Assembly (NCBI GenBank): GCA_046563655.1 | Contig: CM102284.1 | Location: 7,688,001-7,752,000, forward strand | DNA: 64,000 bases | Reading direction: 5' to 3' | Origin: Yuukianura sp. NJ FZ-2021 | Lineage: Eukaryota | Shown here: positions 59,801-64,000 of the stretch, piece after piece | How the letters are laid out: every line of letters begins with the position of its first letter | How positions within the stretch are numbered: position 1 is the first letter of the stretch | Position numbers and translations under genes: made by a program | The notes under the pieces: generated by a model | Databases searched by the model: none | Told to the model about the DNA's origin: nothing | Seen by the model: only the letters and a program-made list of their open reading frames with translations

Positions 59801-61509
59801 AGCAGTGTGACTTTGTCGTGTCTTGCTAAGCTCAGCTTCCGGCACCTTCAAATGCCTCAAACCGGTTTGCTAATTAATGCGTTGAAAATAATTGCATCGT
59901 AAACGTATTTTCCAGCATACTCAGCCAGTGGCTGAAAGTTTAGCAAAAGACAAATGATTGTGAAGTAACATTGCGTTGACTTTCAATTTAAACAATCACA
60001 GACTTGCTGCTTCGCCTTGCCGCTTTTTGACGTGGTAGTGTCTGCAAGAAGGAATTTGAGTTTGACGCAGCTCAGGTTATGTTGTTAGGATTACGAGAAG
60101 TTCTGCTTGTAAAATCTTGTTGCTAACGCCAAGCAAGCAGTGTGACTTTGTCGTGTCTTGCTAAGCTCAGCTTCCGGCGCCTTCAAATGCCTCAAACCGG
60201 TTTGCTAATTAATGCGTTGAAAATAATTGCATCGTAAACGTATTTTCCAGCATACTCAGCCAGTAGCTGAAAGTTTAGCAAAAGACAAATGATTGTGAAG
60301 TAACATTGCGTTGACTTTCAATTTAAACAATCACAGGCTTGCTGCTTCGCCTTGCCGCTTTTTGACGTGGTAGTGTCTGCAAGAAGGAATTTGAGTTTGA
60401 CGCAGCTCAGGTTATGTTGTTAGGATTACGAGAAGTTCTGCTTGTAAAATCTTGTTGCTAACGCCAAGCAAGCAGTGTGACTTTGTCATGTCTTGCTAAA
60501 CTCAGCTTCCGGCACCTTCAAATGCCTCAAACCGGTTTGCTAATTAATGCGTTGAAAATAATTGCATCATAAACGTATTTTCCAGCATAGTCAGCCAGTA
60601 GCTGAAAGTTTAGCAAAAGACAAATGATTGTGAAGTAACATTGCGTTGACTTTCAATTTAAACAATCACAGACTTGCTGCTTCGCCTTCCCGGTTTTTGA
60701 CGTGGTAGTGTCTGCAAGAAGGAATTTGAGTTTGACGCAGCTCAGGTTATGTTGTTAGGATTACGAGAAGTTCTGCTTGTAAAATCTTGTTGCTAACGAC
60801 AAGCAAGCAGTGTGACTTTGTCGTGTCTTGCTAAGCTCAGCTTCCGGCACCTTCAAATGCCTCAAACCGGTTTGCTAATTAATGCGTTGAAAATAATTGC
60901 ATCGTAAACGTATTTTCCAGCATACTCAGCCAGTAGCTGAAAGTTTAGCAAAAGACAAATGATTGTGAAGTAACATTGCGTTGACTTTCAATTTAAACAA
61001 TCAGAGACTAGCTGCTTCGCCTTGCCGCTTTTTGACGTGGTAGTGTATGCAAGAAGGAATTTGAGTTTGACGCAGCTCAGGTTATGTTGTTAGGATTACG
61101 AGAAGTTCTGCTTGTAACATCTAATTGCTAACGCCAAGCAAGCAGTGTGACTTTGTCATGTCTTGCTAAACTCAGCTTCCGGCACCTTCAAATGCCTCAA
61201 ACCGGTTTGCTAATTAATGCGTTGAAAATAATTGCCTCATAAACGTATCTTCCAGCATACTCAGCCAGTGGCTGAAAGTTTAGCAAAAGACAAATGATTG
61301 TGAAGTAACATTGCGTTGACTTTCAATTTAAACAATCACAGACTAGATGCTACGCTTTGCCGCTTTTTGACGTCGTAGTGTCTGCAAGTAGGAATATGAG
61401 TTTGATGCAGCTCAGGATATGTTGTTAGGATTACGAGAAGTTCTGCTTGTAAAATCTTGTTGCTAACGCCAAGCAAGCAGTGTGACTTTGTCGTGTCTTG
61501 CTAAGCTCA
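53806..61509. repeat. Satellite array, 335-bp monomer, 23 copies
   Basis: The unit start CTTCCGGCRCCTTCAAATG recurs at 53806, 54141, 54476 ... 61176 (exact 335 period). The last copy is the most degenerate. Confidence 0.97.
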
Positions 61510-64000
61510 AAATATCGGAGTGCAATTTTCAGTTCTCAGATAGCTCAGAATGACTTTTTGGGGAGTTTTGAATGAAAAAAATGGATTTTTTGACAAAAAT
61601 TGAGCTTGGTTCACTTCAGATGAGCTTTCCGAGGCAAAATATCGGAGTGCAATTTTCAGTTCTCAGAAAGCTCAGAATGACTTTTTGGGGAGTTTTGTTT
61701 GAAAAAATGAATTTTTTGACTTTGACAAAAATTGAGCTTGGTTCATTTCAGATGGGCTTTCCGAGGCAAAATATCGGAGTGCAATTTTCAGTTCTCAGAA
61801 AGCTCAGAATGACTTTTTGAGGAGTTTTGTATGAAAAAAAATGAATTTTTTGACAAAAATTGAGCTTGGTTCATTTCACATGGGCTTTCCGAGGCAACAT
61901 ATCGGAGTGCAATTTTCAGTTCTCAGAAAGCTCAGAATGACTTTTTGGGGAGTTTTGTATGAAAAAAATGAATTTTTTGACAAAAATTGAGCTTGGTTCA
62001 CTTCAGATGGGCTTCCCGAGGCAAAATATCGGAGTGCAATTTTCAGCTCTCAGAAAGCTCAGAATGACTTTTTGGGGAGTTTTGTATGAAAAAATGAATT
62101 TTTTGACAAAAATTGAGCTTAGTTCATTTCAGATGGGCTTTCCGAGGCAACATATCGGAGTGCAATTTTCAGTTCTCAGAAAGCTCAGAATGACTTTTTG
62201 GGGAGTTTTGTATGAAAAAATGAATTTTTTGACAAAAATTGAGCTTGGTTCATTTCAGATGGGCTTTCCGAGGCAACATATCGGAGTGCAATTTTCAGTT
62301 CTCAGAAAGCTCAGAATGACTTTTTGGGGAGTTTTGTATGAAAAACATGAATTTGTTGGCAAAAATTGAGCTTGGTTCATTTCAGATGGGCTTTCCGAGG
62401 CAACATATCGGAGTGCAATTTTCAGTTCTCAGAAAGCTCAGAATGACTTTTTGGGAGTTTTGTATGAAAAACATGAATTTTTTGACACAAATTGAGCTTG
62501 GTTTACTTCAGATGGGCTTTCCGTGGCAAAATATCGGAGTGCAATTTTCAGTACTCAGAAAGCTCAGAATGAATTTTTGGGGAGTTTTGTATGAAAAAAA
62601 TGAATTTTTTGACAAAAATTGAGCTTGGTTCACTTCAGATGAGCGTTCAGAGACAAAATATCGGAGTGCAATTTTCAGTTCTCAGAAAGCTCAGAATGAC
62701 TTTTTAGGGAGTTTTGTATGAGAAAAAATGAATTTTTTGACAAAAATTGAGCTTGGTTCACTTCAGATGGGCTTCCCGAGGCAACATATCGGAGTGCAAT
62801 TTTCAGTTCTCAGAAAGCTCAGAATGACTTTTTGGGGAGTTTTGTATGAAAAACATGAATTTGTTGGCAAAAATTGAGCTTGGTTCACTTCAGATGGGCG
62901 TTCAGAGACAAAATATCGGAGTGCAATTTTCAGTTCTCAGAAAGCTCAGAATGACTTTTTAGGGAGTTTTGTATGAAAAAAAATGAATTTTTTGACAAAA
63001 ATTGAGCTTGGTTCACTTCAGATGTGCTTCCCGAGGCAACATATCGGAGTGCAATTTTCAGTTCTCAGAAAGCTCAGAATGACTTTTTGGGGAGTTTTGT
63101 ATGAAAAACATGAATTTGTTGGCAAAAATTGAGCTTGGTTCATTTCAGATGGGCTCTCCGAAGCAAAATATTGGAGTGCAATTTTCAGTTCTCAGAAAGC
63201 TCAGAATGACTTTTTGAGGAGTTTTGAATGAAAAAAAAATTAATTTTTTGACAAAAATTGAGCTTGGTTCATTTCACATGGGCTTTCCGAGGCAAAATAT
63301 CAGAGTGCAATTTTCAGCTCTCAGAAGGCTCAGAATGACTTTTTGGGGAGTTTTCAATGAAACAAATGATTTTTTTGACAAAAATTGAGCTTGGTTCACT
63401 TCAGATGGGCTTTCCGAGGCAAAATATCGGAGTGCAATTTTCAGCTCTCAGAAAGCTCAGAATGACTTTTTGGGGAGTTTTGTATGAAAAAATGAATTTT
63501 TTGACAAAAATTGAGCTTAGTTCATTTCAGATGGGCTTTCCGAGGCAACATATCGGAGTGCAATTTTCAGTTCTCAGAAAGCTCAGAATGACTTTTTGGG
63601 GAGTTTTGTATGAAAAAAATGAATTTTTTGACAAAAATTGAGCTTGGTTCATTTCAGATGGGCTTTCCGAGGCAACATATCGGAGTGCAATTTTCAGTTC
63701 TCAGAAAGCTCAGAATGACTTTTTGGGGAGTTTTGTATGAAAAACATGAATTTGTTGGCAAAAATTGAGCTTGGTTCATTTCAGATGGGCTTTCCGAGGC
63801 AACATATCGGAGTGCAATTTTCAGTTCTCAGAAAGCTCAGAATGACTTTTTGGGAGTTTTGTATGAAAAACATGAATTTTTTGACACAAATTGAGCTTGG
63901 TTTACTTCAGATGGGCTTTCCGTGGCAAAATATCGGAGTGCAATTTTCAGTACTCAGAAAGCTCAGAATGAATTTTTGGGGAGTTTTGTATGAAAAAAAT
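61510..64000. repeat. Satellite array, ~127-bp monomer, ~19-20 copies, running off the window
   Basis: ATCGGAGTGCAATTTTCAG recurs at 61514, 61641, 61773, 61901, 62028, 62154 and onward. Length varies in the A/T runs. Confidence 0.97.

Noticed and set aside
61572-63641. ORFs with a 42-aa repeat (MNFLTKIELGSFQMGFPRQ..)
   Set aside because: Translation of the ~127-bp satellite; frames break with A-run length changes.
53806-64000. CRISPR-like array
   Set aside because: Whole monomers repeat with no unique spacers, the context is eukaryotic and there are no cas genes.

Overview
Eukaryotic DNA from a compact invertebrate genome, probably an arthropod (short GT-AG introns and chitin-binding genes; the taxon is inference). 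There are three compartments. (1) ~0.3-29 kb is gene-dense: RNF13-like E3 ligase, a CACTA/EnSpm transposon, a cluster of peritrophin-like chitin-binding genes, a Rieske protein, a LURP-one-related gene (HGT candidate), astacin-ShK, a secapin-like precursor, PIN4 and RFC4 head to head, a rhomboid and an hnRNP Q/R-like gene. (2) ~29-53.8 kb is a deeply nested transposon pile-up whose junctions mostly resolve by TSD: a Tc1-like remnant, Harbinger-like MITEs, a Transib-like MITE, a decayed Ty3/Gypsy, a deleted BEL/Pao and a pol-less LTR element. (3) 53.8-64 kb holds two abutting satellite arrays (335 bp and ~127 bp units). The standout is a 6.6-kb Maverick/Polinton-type element (33075-39652; AG...CT ends, 6-bp TSD AATAAT) inserted in the Gypsy 5' LTR. 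It has no polymerase, integrase, ATPase or protease. It encodes an intact major-capsid-like protein, a basic ORF and, inside its ~2.45-kb inverted arms, a divergently oriented half-capsid ORF that differs from the full gene mostly at synonymous sites. All family calls come from motif recognition by eye; no database searches were run.
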